A stretch of 64,000 nt of DNA from Chiloscyllium plagiosum (taxonomy: Eukaryota), in NCBI RefSeq assembly GCF_004010195.1, contig NC_057718.1, positions 26,949,631-27,013,630 of the forward strand, in the 5' to 3' direction. The notes beneath the pieces are model-generated. The model made no database searches. It was not told the origin of the DNA and was given only the letters and a program-made list of their open reading frames with translations. Both the position numbers and the translations under genes were made by a program. Positions 38,599 through 52,090 of the stretch are shown piece by piece (position 1 is the stretch's first letter; each line of letters begins with the position of its first letter).

Positions 38599-41500
38599 AG
38601 ACCCAGGGAGATAGTGAGGAAAGAGATCAAACTGAGACTGGGACAGTTGGGAAAAGGAACAAGTCAAACAGTCAAGGCAGAAAGGTGCAAAGCAGAGAAC
38701 GAGGTAGGATTGGTAAATTAAACTGCATTTATTTCAATCCAAGAGGCATAATGGGGTAGGCAGATGAACTCAGGGCATGGTTCGCAACATGGAACTGGAA
38801 TATCATAGCAATTACATAGACGTAGCTCAGGGATGGACAAGACTGGCAGCTTAATGTTCCAGGATACAAATGCTATAGGAAGGATAGAAAGGGGAGCAAG
38901 AGAGGAGGGGAGTGGCGTTTTTGATAAGGGATAGGATTATAGCTGTACTAAGGGAGGATATTCCTGGGAATAGGTCCAGGGAAGTTATTTGGAATGACAT
39001 TAACTGAAAAATAAGAAAGGGATGATCACCTTATTGGGATTGTACAAGAGAACACCCAATTGTGGGCATGAAGTTGAGAACAAATTTGTAAGGAGATCTC
39101 AGTTATCTATTATAATAGGGTGGTTATGGTAGGAGTTTTTAACATTCCAAATATAGATTGGGACAGCTGTGGTATTAAGGATTTTGATTGAGAGGAATTT
39201 GTTAAGTGTGTACAAGAAAATTTTATGATTCAGTATGTGAATGTACCAATTAGAGAAGGTGCAAAACTTGACCAACTCTTGGGATAAAAGTGTTCGTGGG
39301 GGAGCACTTTGGGGCTAGAGACCATAATTCTATAGTTTAAAATAGTGATGGAAAAGAATAGACCGGATCTAAAAGTTGAAGATTAAATTGGATGAAGGCA
39401 AATTTGGATGGTATTCAGCAAGAACTTTCAAAAGTTGACTAAGGGCGGATGTTCGCAGGGAAAGGGACGGCTGGAAAATGGGAAGCCTTCAAAAATGAGA
39501 ATGAAAATCCAGATTCAGTATATTCTTGTTAGGATGAAAGGAAAGGCTGGTAAGTGTAGGGAATGCTGGATGACGAAAGAAACTTTGGTTTTGGTTAAGA
39601 AAAAGGAAGCAAGCATATGTCAAGTAGAGACAGGATAGATTGAGTGAATCCTTAGAAGAGTATAAAGGCAGTAGGAGTATACAAGAGGGAAATCAGGAGA
39701 GCAAAAAGGGCACATGAAATAGCTTTGGATTCTCCTTAACCCTATTTGCCAAAGGGATTTTATAAATACATTAAGGACAAAACGTTAACAAGGGAGAGAA
39801 TAGGGCCCCTCAAAGGTAACCTATGTATGGAACCACAGAAGATAGGGGAAGATACTAAACAATTATTTTGCATCGTATTTACTATGGAGAAAGTCTTGGA
39901 AGATAGAGAATGTGGGGAAATAGATGATGACATCTTGAAAAAATGTCCATTTAAAGAGGTGATGGTGCTGGATGCCTTAAAACACAAAGGCGGATAAATT
40001 CCCAGGACCTGATCAGGTGTACCCTAGAACTCCATGGGAAGCGATTGCTGGACTTCTTGCTGAGATATTTGTATCACCAATAGTCACAGGTGAGGTGCCA
40101 TAAGACTGGAGGTTGGCTAACGGGCTGGCACTATTTCAGAAAGATGGCAAAGAAAAACCAGGAAACTACAGATAAATGAGCCTGACATTGGTGGTGGGCA
40201 AACTGAGGGCATTCCGAAGGACAGGGTTTACATGTATTTGGAAAGGCAAGGACTGATTAGGGATAAGGTAAAAACAATGATTAGGGATAGTCAACATTGC
40301 ATCATGCGTGGGAAGTCATGTCTCACAAACTTGATTGAGTTTTTTGAGGAAGTAACAAAGAGGATTGATGAGAGCAGAGTGGTAGGTATGATCTATATGG
40401 ATTCTGGATCAGTGGTGCTGGAAGAGCACAGCAATTCAGGCAGCATCCGAGGACAGGCGAAATCAACGTTTCGGGCAAAAGCCGATCTATATGGACTTCT
40501 GTAAGGTGTTCGACAAGGTTCCTCATTGTAAACTGGTTAGCAAGATTAGTTCACATGGAATACAGGGAAAACTTGCCATTGGGATACAGATCTGGCTCAA
40601 AGATAATTGACAGAGGGTGGTGGAGGCCTGTGACCAGTCGTGTGCCACAAGGATCAGTGCTGGGTTCACTGCTTTTCATATGTAAACAATTTGGATATGA
40701 ACATAGGAGGTGTAGTTCGTAAGTTTGCAAATGAAATCAAAATTGGAGGTGGAGTGGATAGCAAAGGTTACCTCAGAGTAGAATGGGATCTTGTTCAGAT
40801 GGGTCACTGAGTGGCAGATGGAGTTTAATTTTGATAAATGTGAGGTGCTGCATTTTGGAAAGGCAATACAGGGTAGGACTTATACACTTAGCAGTAAGGT
40901 CCTGGGGAGTGTTGCTGAAAAAGAAACCTTGGAGTGCAGGTTCATAGTGCCTTGAAACCGGAATCATAAATAGATAGAATAGTGAAGGCAGTGTTTGGTA
41001 TGCTTTCACTTATTGGTCAGAGCATTGAGTATAGGAATTGGGAGAGAATGTTGTGGCTGTACAGAACATTGGTTTGACCACTTTTGGAATATTGTGTGCA
41101 ATTCTGATCTCCCCGCTACAAGAACGATGTTGTGAAACTTGAAAGGCTTCAGAAACATTTCTAAGGATGTTGCCAGGATGAGGGGGTTTCAGCTTCAGAG
41201 ACTGAATAGGCTGGGGCTGTTTTCCCTCGAGCATCGGAGGCTGAGGGTGACCTTATCGAGGTTTCTAAAATTGCGAGGGCATTGATAGGGTAAATAGACA
41301 AGGTCTTTTCCCTGAGTTGGGGGGGGGAGAGAGTCCACAACCAGACAGCATAGGTTTAGGGTGAGAGGAGAAAGATTTAAAAGGGGTCTCAATGGCACAT
41401 TTTTCATGCAGAGATTGGTGTGTGTATGGAATGAACTGCCAGAAGAAGTGGTGAAGCCTAGCACTATTACAATATTTAAAAGGCATCTGGATGGGTATTC

Positions 41501-41612
41501 AAATAGGAAGGGTTTATAGGGATATGAGCCAAATAGGACAAGATTAATTTAGGATATCTGATCAGCATGGAGGAGTTGGACCAAAGAGTCTGCTTCCATG
41601 CTGTACATCTGT
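38599..41612 (+). mobile_element. 5'-truncated CR1 LINE (ORF2 plus 3' UTR), same family as 20100-24388
   Basis: Colinear with 21198-24388 from GACCCAGGGAGATAGTGAGGAAAGAG onward; frameshifted. Confidence 0.92.
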
Positions 41613-42384
41613 GAATCTCCTCTTGTGAGGTACAGTTGACCCCGCTTCCACCACACACAGGCAACATATTCCAGATACTAACCAATCACTTCTTTATTCT
41701 GCCTAGAAACATTATTCTGAAAAGTCTATCAAGGCATTCCAACTCTAAGACGACAAAATATGTAGCAAATTATTTCAGTACTTAACTGAAATAGATCAAT
41801 AGGTATAACCAACTAACTGTTGCTTCCAAAACTCATCAATTCACAACTCTACCGGCATATGCATTATTATGTACATGAACTATGCGTGAACTATATCTGC
41901 AAGAAAATTTCTTAATGCACAAAGTGAAACCAATATTCTGACAAGATAAAAGGAAACACAGAGCAGAAACTTCATGTGTCAAATTCGCCGATACGAATTA
42001 TGCAAAACGCTTGGGACAGCTCCCTACGTTAACGTGCATCGCTAATACATGGAGCTGTTGGCACGAAAGCACCTCTTGATCCAGCAACTCCACAGAATGA
42101 ATGAAACGCAAAGCACGTCGCAAAGGCGCTAGTGTTTCTTGGCCGTGGATTAATTTAAAATTAATATAGGAGGTTGAGACGCGCACCTTCAGAACACGTT
42201 TAGTGCAGCTGCTGATTAACTTCCTGCTAACATAACGTGGCAAATAAAATCTGCGAAAGAAAAATCAGGCTTCTTGCTAAATTAATAAAGAAACGAAAAT
42301 GTAATGAGAGAGGGGTGGTTGGAGCACAGGTGGTGTAATTTAGACAAAGGTGTCCTATTGCCTCCTCGATTAGGGAGAACTCGC

Positions 42385-42489
42385 CTTCAGGGCCTCCAGC
42401 CGGTAGCGCGAACTCGAGCCTCCATCCATTATCACGTTTACCGCCTTCATCAACTGTTCGCACAACGTCGTGATCTGATCCGCCGACAT
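42385..42489 (-). CDS. XPO5: Exportin-5 coding exon 1 (MSADQITTLCEQLMKAVNVIMDGGSSSRYRLEALK)
   Basis: Hand translation matches the XPO5 N-terminus (human MAMDQVNALCEQLVKAVTVMMDPNSTQRYRLEALK). 105 nt, in a CpG-rich region, donor AAG|GCGAGT. Confidence 0.95.
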
Positions 42490-42589
42490 GACTGCGTCTT
42501 CACACTCGTTCCCCTTTGTGCTGGAGATGCAAGTACACCGATAACAACGACAACCGGCGACTATTTTCTATTCACAAAAAGCGGACTAA

Positions 42590-42810
42590 CGAACGAGCGA
42601 TGACGCAATCCCTTATTGTCTAAAGGACCGGCGGCATGCAACAGACAGAGCTTCAATGCCTTGGCCGCGCATGCGCAATTGCGCTGGGAAAACGGGGAGC
42701 GAGGAAAACCGTTGGTTGCTGCCGATCCACCCGGCGCCACCTTCCGGTCCACAGAGACCTATGGGTAACCGCGCGGCCCGGAACCGACTACAATTCCCAC
42801 AGTTCAACGG
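42590..42810 (-). promoter_or_regulatory. XPO5 CpG-rich housekeeping-type promoter
   Basis: CpG-dense. C/EBP-ATF-like TGACGCAAT 42601-42609, NRF1 GCGCATGCGC 42667-42676, ETS CTTCCGGT 42741-42748, ZNF143-associated ACTACAATTCCCA 42787-42799. Confidence 0.8.
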
Positions 42811-43559
42811 TTCAAATTTACGGTTTACAGGGACGTTCGTGGTCTTTGCTTCTTGAATGAGTTTCATGACCTCGATGGTTTCTCGAATTTTGATCAATAT
42901 ACTCATCATCAAAGTTTTTGATTTAATTTGACGTTGCTTGATACGTGAGCGCGGTGTCAGGGAATGTTGAGTGAAAACATCAAAATTCAACGTTAACAAT
43001 TGAGTTACCGGACGTAAAGGAAACACAACCTGTGTCGTACAGGCAACGCTGCTGTTTTTATTGTTACACTGTGCTAGTTTTCACATATTGTTCGTCTATT
43101 CATGAATGCTTTAAAACTTTCGGAAATGTATTAAAGCACTATGAAAAAGCACCATGGGAGAGCACTGAAGAAACTCAACAGGTCTGCTACTAAATGGACG
43201 GGAAAAGTTAATGTTTCGAGTCCGAACGTTCTTAAGTCACACCCAGCTCGCAATGATTGCTGTTCGTCTCCACACATATTGGAAGATTTGCTGAGTTTTT
43301 TTTCCGCATCCTGCGTTCGTTTCGTATTGTAACCAGCATGGAGAAGTTCGTGATTTTAAGAGAGTTCTTGATAAAGGATTTATCATCTCAAACACTTGGA
43401 AGTATTCTGATTAGCGATGATTTGATAATGTCACAGAATAAAAGTACGTTCCACGTTTTGTAGTTCTAGTATTTCTCCTGAATCACGAGCTGCTCGTGGC
43501 TTCTACTTGGGACAGTTTATCTAACAGATGATCATTGTGTTTTTTTTAATGAAACCTCA

Positions 43560-43880
43560 CAGTGTGGGGACAGGCTGTTTGGCGCAACACATCCACACTG
43601 ACCCGACGAAGAGTTTCCCACCTAAACCTATTCACCATTACTCTACATTTGCCCCTGACTAATGCACCGAACCGACACATCCCTGAACACTATGAGCAAT
43701 TTAGCATTGCCAATTCACCAGCCCTTCACATCTTTGGATTATGGGAGGAAACGGAAGCAAACCCACGCAGATACGGGGAGAATGTGCAAATTCCACAAAG
43801 ACAGTTGCCAGAGGCTGGTATTGAACCCAGATCTCTGCCACAGTGAGTGAGCAGTGCTAACCAATAAGCGAACGTGGCAC
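43560..43880 (-). mobile_element. HE1-like SINE
   Basis: Same family; lies between the XPO5 promoter and the Gypsy LTR. Confidence 0.82.
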
Positions 43881-43906
43881 AGATTCTCATTCCAAATAAT
43901 TAGATG

Positions 43907-44626
43907 TGTTACAATGCAGGGTAAACACTCTTCCTTATTTATAAACAGCCATACAGAAAAGATTTATCCTGTGCAGTCATCTGTGAAAGTTCAAGAGGCC
44001 AAGCACTATTTGAAGTAAAAATTAATAACTTTATTTCTTAAAGTATAACATTGAATAATTAACTCACAACTATTTACAAGTCCTTCCTCTAACCTACCTT
44101 TTACCATCCTCTTCTACAATATTAGATGATAAAACCCCCGATTAAGGTTTACAAAACAAAACTTCTTATCTCAAAACTTGGCAGCTTTCAGTTTTCTCTA
44201 TATTCCTATATTATTTTGGGGGGGATTCTGCTTCACAGGGTTACTAATCAATAAAGATTCCTTTTAAGAGAGCTCTTTCTTCAGATAGTCTTTACATACT
44301 GGTAGCTTGGCAGTTCTCCTCTCAAATGTTCAATTTTCCCTAGTCTTGTACCCCCCCAAAGCATCGGATTGTGTCATCAGCTTTTAAGATTGTCAGTACA
44401 CTAAATTCAAACTGGATTGGAGTTTGGTATTTTCCAGGGTATAATTTAAATTGATTGGCCGAATTCAAATCTATTTTGTCATTTCCAGGCAACCAGCTAC
44501 CCTAGCTACCCCAGTAGCTGGACCACATGTAACATTGTATCTTTTTTCAGAATACTTGGTGCTGTCAGGTAGTTCTGTTAGCTTTTAACTCTCTTCAAGG
44601 TACAGTACACCCACATCTTCATAACA
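43907..44626 (-). repeat. 3' LTR of the Gmr1-like element
   Basis: TGTTAC...ATAACA; adjacent polypurine tract (minus strand AAGGGGAGG) at 44627-44635; direct repeat of 49193-49884. Confidence 0.9.
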
Positions 44627-47600
44627 CCTCCCCTTAAGAAAAACATGAACCATCAGAATGAAAAGATGGAGTTAATGCATCTGTGATTACATTCTTACAA
44701 TTCGCAATATGTATGATTTTTACATTTAAAGTCTGTCACATAAGACTCCAACGAAACAGTCTCATATTCTTGTCTTTGAAGCATTCTAAAAATGTAAGCA
44801 GGTTGTGATCCGTCCACACAACTGTCTCAGACACATTGTTTGTGATGTACACATTAAATTGTTGAAAAGTTTGGTGTAGCTAAGACTGGTTTAGTGTTTA
44901 TGACTTTCAAATGGTCGAATGCCTCCCAGCATTGTTCTGTCCACCCACACTTTGTGTTCTTATTCAGCAAATCGTTTAACGGTGCCACTACACTGCTGAA
45001 GCTTGGAACAAATTTCCAATAGAATCCCCTGAGTTCTAAGAATCGAAGCACCTTTTTCTTGGAGATTGGTATTGGAGATTCCTCATTGGCCTTCACCTTT
45101 GCGTTCCGTGGGGTCAACCTTCCATGACCGATGTTATATCCCAATTCTGCTTTCGCGAATTCCATTTTATTTAAACTTATCACCAGATTTGCATCTCATA
45201 ATCGTTTAAAGAACTCTGTCAACTGTACTATGTGACTTTTCCAGGATTTACTAAAGATCACTACATCATTAATATAGACTGTGCAGTTTGTTAACTCAGC
45301 CACAACTCTGTTCATGAGTCTTTGGAATATGGCAGTGCGTTCTTCATCCCAAGCTAATGTAGCTCATTTGGGGTTACAAACGCAGAAATTTCTTTCGCTG
45401 TCTCTGATAAAGGTACCTGCCAGTAACTATGCATTAAGTGCAACTTGGTGATGTAACTGGCTTGTCCGACTTTCTTGATACAGTCTTCCAATCTAGGAAT
45501 TGGATATGAGTCTGATTTTGTAACACTGTTGACCTTCCAATAATCCATGCAGAATCGTTGAGTCCTGTCCAGTTTGGGAACTAAGATGATTGGTGAACTC
45601 CACTCGCTCTGGCTTGGTTCAATGATGTCCTCATCAAGCATGGCTTCCACCTCCATCTGGACCTGCCTGGCTTTGAAATGATTAAACCAAAAGGGTCGTT
45701 ATTTTCATTGGAGCAGTCTTCATGTGCGGTAGCATTAGTCCTCCTCCATCTGATTCTTACATATGTTCTTATACTGCAGTAACAAATCATTCAACTGCAT
45801 TCTATGCTCCCAAGACATATAGCTTACTATCCTATCTCACTCCTCAGGGGCTTCTTCATTTTTGAAACAAATTTGAGGCACATCAAAATCCACATCATCT
45901 GGATTTAATCTGGGCCAGTAACCAACACCTGTTTCACCAGTTCTTTCTCTCTCATATAATACAGTTTCAACATGTTCACATGACATATCAGATATCTTTT
46001 CTATCTATCTGGCATCTTTACTAAATATTTCATGTGACTCAACTTTTTCTCAATTTGATAGGGAGCACTAAACCTGGCTTTGAAGGGATCTGCTATTGCT
46101 GGTAAAATGTCATCCTGTCAGGAAGACTGAGTCTCAGAGCTTTTATCTGCCACCTGCCTCATTCTACACTGTGCCCTCTTTAGATGCTGTTTAGCTAACT
46201 CACCTACTCTATTTCACCTCTCCCTCACCTCCAATACATAATCAAAGTGTGAGATCTCCGACTTTGGTCCTGTGAGTTTTTCTTTCGTTAATTTCAAAGG
46301 GCCTCTCACTTCATGACTCAATATTAACTTGAAGGAAGTGAACTGAGTAGATTCATTTGGGGCATCTCTAATGGCAAACAATACAAATGGGATACCTTTA
46401 ACCCAATCGTTCGGGTAATCCTGACAGTATGCTCTCAACATGGTCATGACACCTTTCTAAAGCTCCCTAGGATTCCGGATGATACGCACTGGATTTAAAG
46501 TGCTGTATACCTCTGCTATCCATAACCCCCTTAAACAGCCGAGCTTTAAAATTTGACACTTGGTCAATTCCTATTAACTCCTCTAGCACCTTTTTTGCCT
46601 TGATACAACACATCCAAGTACTGGTTCCCACTTTTAGTTCTCGGGAGGAGATCTACACAATCAATTATGGGTTCTTCAAATGCGGGAATTGGCAACAAAG
46701 GTGCTTGTTTTAATACTGCCTGTGGCTTACCTACCATTTGGCAAAAGTTAACCACACCTTTGTACATTCCAGGACTATAAAAATGTGTTTGTACCTTAGC
46801 CTAAGTCTTTCAAACCCCTAGGTGACCTCCTACAGGTAGTTCATGTACTATCCATAACACCGCCTGCCTGTATGCTACCAACTACACAATCTGGTACACT
46901 TCGGCCCAATTCTCCTCTGCACTAACCTGTCATGATCTCCATTTCCGTCTTCGGATTCTATCTTTCACATAATAACTCTCCAGAATAGTCTCTGCCTCCT
47001 TTTCAGAATACGCATCCACATATATATCTTTTATTGTCTTGTCTTACTGTTGCAAGTCTCTTAGTCTTTCAGGACTAAACACTTCTGTCTGACCATCTGC
47101 CTGTTCAGGTTTTTCCTGCACCATTACGTCAAACAGGGTGTCCACTAACTGAACCTCAACTCCTTCATCTTTCTCTTTACTTTTCACTTTGTGCTGTCAC
47201 TTGTGATAGTGGGATCTGGTTACCACACAGTCTGGGAAAATACCAGGAAATTTCTGTTTTAACTCCTCAGTTTCTCGGTTTACCTTGGGCTTCTCACAAC
47301 AAGGGGTGTCACTCCCACCTTGGATCCTGCCAAATCATTCCCAAGAATAAACTGAATTCCTGGAACTGACACTCTGTCAATCACTCCCACTGTAATTTCC
47401 CCAGTCTTGAGTTGGCATCCCAACCTGATCTTACATTGGGGAATGCTAAATTTCTGTCCATCTCTTCCACAAATTACCACACTCTCAGGTAACAGATCAG
47501 AAAGAGTGCATATTCACTCATCTCTTAACATTAGCAACTGGTTAGATCTTGTATCTCTCAAAATTATAACTTCTTTTCCTTCTCCCCCGTTCTTTCTGAG

Positions 47601-49192
47601 TAAATTTTACCCGCAGAGGCAAATTCTTTGTTGAGATCACGTATAAATTCCATACCCAGCCCCTGTCTACGCTGTGCACTCTCCTGCAGCTCCTCGGCTC
47701 TTTTTGCGGTCTCCTTTACTATCTTCAGTAATGCCACTGGCTTAGTTTTTTTTACCATAGCTTTTCCCGCAGTGCCTTTCTTTAACAACCAGCACTGTGA
47801 CTTTATGTGCCCCACCTTTTGGCAGTGAAAACACCTTTTCCCTATACCCTTTTGAAACCAGTGGCACTGTAATTTTCTGTAATTGTCCCACTCCATTACA
47901 GTGAAAACACATGAGGCCTTTCACCTCCTTTCCACCCTCTTCGGCTTCTTTTTTTTATCCTGTGGTAAACTCTTACCAGCACTCTCCACTCTTAGTTTTG
48001 TTGTGTAGGATCTCCCCTTCTCCCAACTTCTATCCCTCAGAGGATGAAATTCTGTCCGGAAGCTTGTCTTATGCACCAACATGCACTTATCTGCTAATTC
48101 TGCTGCCCTTCTCACTTCCTGAGCTTTCTATTCCTCCATGTGAATTCTTACCATCTCTGGAAGTGAGTTTTTAAATTCCTCCAGCAGAATAATCTCTCTT
48201 AGAGCCTCAATGGTCTTATCTATTTTCAAAGCACGCAGCCATCGATCAAAATGACTATGTTTAATTCTTTCGAACTCAACATAGGTCTGAACTGGTTCCT
48301 TCTTTGTGTTTCTGAACTGCTTCTGGTATCAATTCATCAACACTTAAAATAGCCTGTTTAACCTCTATATAATCTCTTGACCCCTCATCAAGAGTGCGGC
48401 AAATACCTCACGAGCTCTGCCTACCAATTTTGTCTTACCCAGAACATTACTCATAAATCCTTCCACTCCATCTGCCTAGCCAATTTTTCAAATGTAATAA
48501 TGAAGACTTTAACATCTTTCTTATCAAAGTGTGGCAGAGCTTTGACATATTTATAAATATCAATATCTTCTCTTTTAACCTTCATCCTGTTAACTTGACT
48601 TTGCTGACGTCTCAAGTTCAAAATCTCTCTCTTTTTGCTCAGCTAAGAATTTTCTCTCTCTTTTTCCTCTCTTTTTTTTTCTCTCCTCCCTCTCTCTCCC
48701 TTTCTTCTGTCTCTCTCTCTTTGTTCAGCCAAGAACCTTCACGAGCTCTCTTTTTCCTCTCTCTCTCTCTCTGTATATCTTCTAACTCCATTTTCCTCAA
48801 TTGTAGTTTAAGTTTTTCTACCTCTACTGCAATTGTCTGTGTCTCTGGTACTCCTAATTGTTTGAGTAATTCCCTTACAATTTCAGCTTTACTTTTGTCC
48901 TTGGTTAAACACAAATCTAACTTATTTGCTAATTCTAAAAATATGGCTGTTTTCTTTCCTTCTAAACGTTCTTGGCAAATTTGAGAATCATCTTCAAATC
49001 CCAGAACCACTTTAGCAATTTTAAGAACCATTTCTCTCCCTGTTAATTTAATCAACCACAAGTCACCGAAATTAAACAAATTGTCTCACCTACGTTTTAT
49101 TTAAAGATCTAGGACACTAACCTGCGAGTGTTTAAACCTTGTATTTCTCGTACCCCCAAATCTACTCAAATCACAGACCCAAGCCCCCAAAC

Positions 49193-49884
49193 TTTAACAA
49201 TATGGGGTAAACACTCCTGCTTAATTTAAAACAGCCACACAGAAAAGATTTATCCCGTGCAGTAATCTGTGAAAATTCAAGAGGCCAAGCACTATTTAAA
49301 GTAAAAACTAACAACTTTATTTCTTAAAGTATAACAAAGAATAATTAACTAACAACTATTTACAGGTCCTTCCTCTAACCTATCTTTTATCTTCCCCTTC
49401 TACTCATCTGATAAGCCCCCCCCATTAAGTTTACAAAACAAAACTTCTTATCTCAAAACCATGCAGCTTTCAGTTTTCTCTGTCTTCGTTTCTTCTTTTT
49501 GGGGGTTCTGCTTCAAAGGTTACTGATTGATAAAAGTACTTTTTAAGAGAGTTATTTCTTCAGACAGTCTTTACATGCTGGTAGCTTGGCAGTTCTCCTC
49601 TCAACTATTTAATTTTCCCTGGTCTTATACCCCCAAAGCATTGGATTGTGTCATTGGCTTTTAAGATTGTCAACATACTAAATTCAAACTGAATTGGAGT
49701 TTGGTATTTTCCGCATTTTAATTGGCCTAATTCAAATCTGTTTTGTCACTTCCAAGCAACCAGCTACCCCAGTAGCTGGGGCACATATTACATTGTATCT
49801 TTTTTAAGAACACTTGGTGCTGTCAGGTAGTTCTGCTAGTTTTGAACTCTCTTAAAGATACAGTACACCCATATCTTCATAACA
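49193..49884 (-). repeat. 5' LTR of the Gmr1-like element
   Basis: Direct repeat of 43907-44626; followed on the minus strand by TGGGGGCTTGGGTCTG, a degenerate tRNA-Pro PBS at ~49172-49190. Confidence 0.88.
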
Positions 49885-51604
49885 GATGTATTTTAGATGG
49901 AGACGTGTTCACAATTAAAATAACTTCTATGCCATGCCAAATTCCAATATACAATCTAAAGTCTATTTATTTCATTTGTCCCTTTTGACGCTTATTCATA
50001 TTGGGATGCTTCTAAACTTGAAATATCTTGGTTTTGCAGTGCATAGATCTTTCTTTTAATTTTCCTGTATTTTTGATTGTGGGTTGAAATAGGAAAAGGA
50101 CTTTACGAATTGTTGAAGTTTTTAGTAGCAAGCTACGAGAACTATTGATACTATTGTTTATTCAATGCAAGGGAAATATTTACTTGCAGATGATGTGCGC
50201 AAGATGAAATTCTTCTGGCATCAAGTATCTTGCACATTGCTGACAAGCTTGTGTATATGAGCGTTTGAGAGAGAATAAGATAGCAAGAAACCCTTGGACC
50301 TCCGGAAAGACAGGAATGCAGTAAAAAGACACACACAACCTCAAGGCAAGTTTACTTTCCCTCTGCAGTTCAAATAAGCTGTGACTTTTAACCAATAGGC
50401 CAGAGACTTTAGAACTTGTGAACCAATCACTCTCTGTCTTCTGCAAGGAAATGCAAAATGCCTGAGAGGGAGATCAATGAACAGCAAATCTTGATACGCC
50501 GAAAACCCTGTGGACATGGACCGTTGAAATTCCCTCTCAGTTTTTTTCTCTCCACGCATTGCACCAATCCTGTGATTGGTTGTAGGTGTAGGGGAGTTTA
50601 TAAGAGGGTTTGAGAGTTACATGTCAACAGTATATATTTGTTTAACTGTAGCTGGAATTTTTTTTAATAAATAGTAATTCTTGTTACATACAGAAACTTG
50701 GTCTGTACTTTGTCAATCTGGGTCTGAAAGACAGAATTTTGAGTACTTTGATAAAATCTTTAAAGTTTGTGAGTATTTCAGGAGTAATGGGGCTTTGTTT
50801 ACAATGTACTACCTCAGTGAGATGCGACTACAGATTTGGCAATGGCAAATTTAAATAGGTTTCTGGTAGCTTTTTGCCAACAGGGGTTTTTGTGTGAACA
50901 CTCGAACAAATACTCTTGTCTGATTTTAAAAACTCCAGTGGTCAACTCATTGACTTTTATAGGATGATTCAAGCTTTACTACCTATTGAGTGTTAAGGAA
51001 TATTTTCACATGCAGTCATTCTGCTTACTGACTCTGTCCCTCTCCCTGATTACTGTTTGAGGCTAAAGTAATCTATCATATTTGAGTCTGAGATGAGATT
51101 ATGCTCACTTATGCTCCAACATCACTTAAGATTTTATATTTCAACCTCCATTGCATTGTGTCATTGCACAGTTCTTTCAGCTCATCTGTTCAATCCCTCA
51201 AACATACTTTGTTACTTCTGGACTCAGCCATACCAATGTTCTCCTAGTCAGTGTCATAACTTGCACTCTCCATAAACTTAAAATCATCTGAAGCTCTGCT
51301 GCCTTAATTCATACCAAGCCCCAATTATCCATCACCCCTGTGCTGTCTATCTCACATAGTCCTAGATTTGGCAACATTTAGTTTTTTCCAGTTATCAAAC
51401 TAATTTTCAAACTTCTCGCTGACTTTGCCTCTTCCTATATCTTGAAAATGCTCAAGCCCTCGATCTTTGCACTGCTCCAGATCTGGTCATTTGCTTGTCC
51501 ATGATTTTTTTTGAATCACTGATTACAATTGTGCCATAAGTGGGTTTACATTGTTGGGCAAAAATCCAAACTGCAGCAAAATGCAGTTGCCAATATTATC
51601 AGAT

Positions 51605-52090
51605 CAGTCATCTTATTTTCAAAACTGACGGATTACCTGAGGACTTTTTTCCACTCCAATGTGGATTCTGAGATGGGGAAATAATCCAATGCTGAATCTG
51701 CATACTCTGCCACAGGCGAGAAACCAGTGTTTGCTGAAGTGGGTGGGAGGGATGTTTGTATTTTCGCATCTTCCTTCTATTGTTCGTGCTTGTTCTCTGT
51801 ACAGACCTGTCAAAGATGCTCAAGCTTCTTCATGGATGCTGCTTCTCCAATTTACATATTATTGGATTAGGGATTTCTAAGAGTTGGTGGGGACATTGCA
51901 GTCTTTTCATGGAAATTTGAGATTACCCTTGAAATGTTTCTTCTGCCCTCCTGATAACTGCTTGTTGTGACAAAGCTCAGAATAGAGACATTGTTTTTGA
52001 ACTTTTATGTCAGACATGTAGATGATGTGACCTGCCAAGTGCAGATAATTGGTCATAGACAGTGCCTCAATACTGGTGATGTTGAATTTC
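51605..52090 (-). mobile_element. RTE-clade LINE 3' fragment
   Basis: LHLAGHIIYMSD..VQKQCLYSEL.....GGQKKHFKGNLK and terminal CGRVCRFSIGLFPHLRIH zinc-finger-like motif. Confidence 0.7.

Larger units (their letters stand above)
43907..49884 (-). mobile_element. Full-length decayed Ty3/Gypsy LTR retrotransposon, Gmr1-like (gag-SCAN-CCHC, PR, IN, RT, RH)
   Basis: Two similar ~700-bp LTRs; outer ends TG...CA; GATG TSD at 43903-43906 and 49885-49888; tRNA-Pro-like PBS; PPT. Fragments: CFHCQKVGHIKSQC, FILGNDLAG, LPRTKSGNQY, WSSPIILVPK...DYWKVN, YINDVV. Many stops and frameshifts. Confidence 0.93.

Noticed and set aside
42613..43026. 137-aa ORF and overlapping ORFs at the XPO5 promoter
   Set aside because: No recognisable homology; expected by chance in GC-rich promoter DNA.
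48639..49079. 146-aa coiled-coil, ER-rich ORF as a host gene
   Set aside because: It is the gag N-terminus inside the LTR element, extended by a GA-rich microsatellite.
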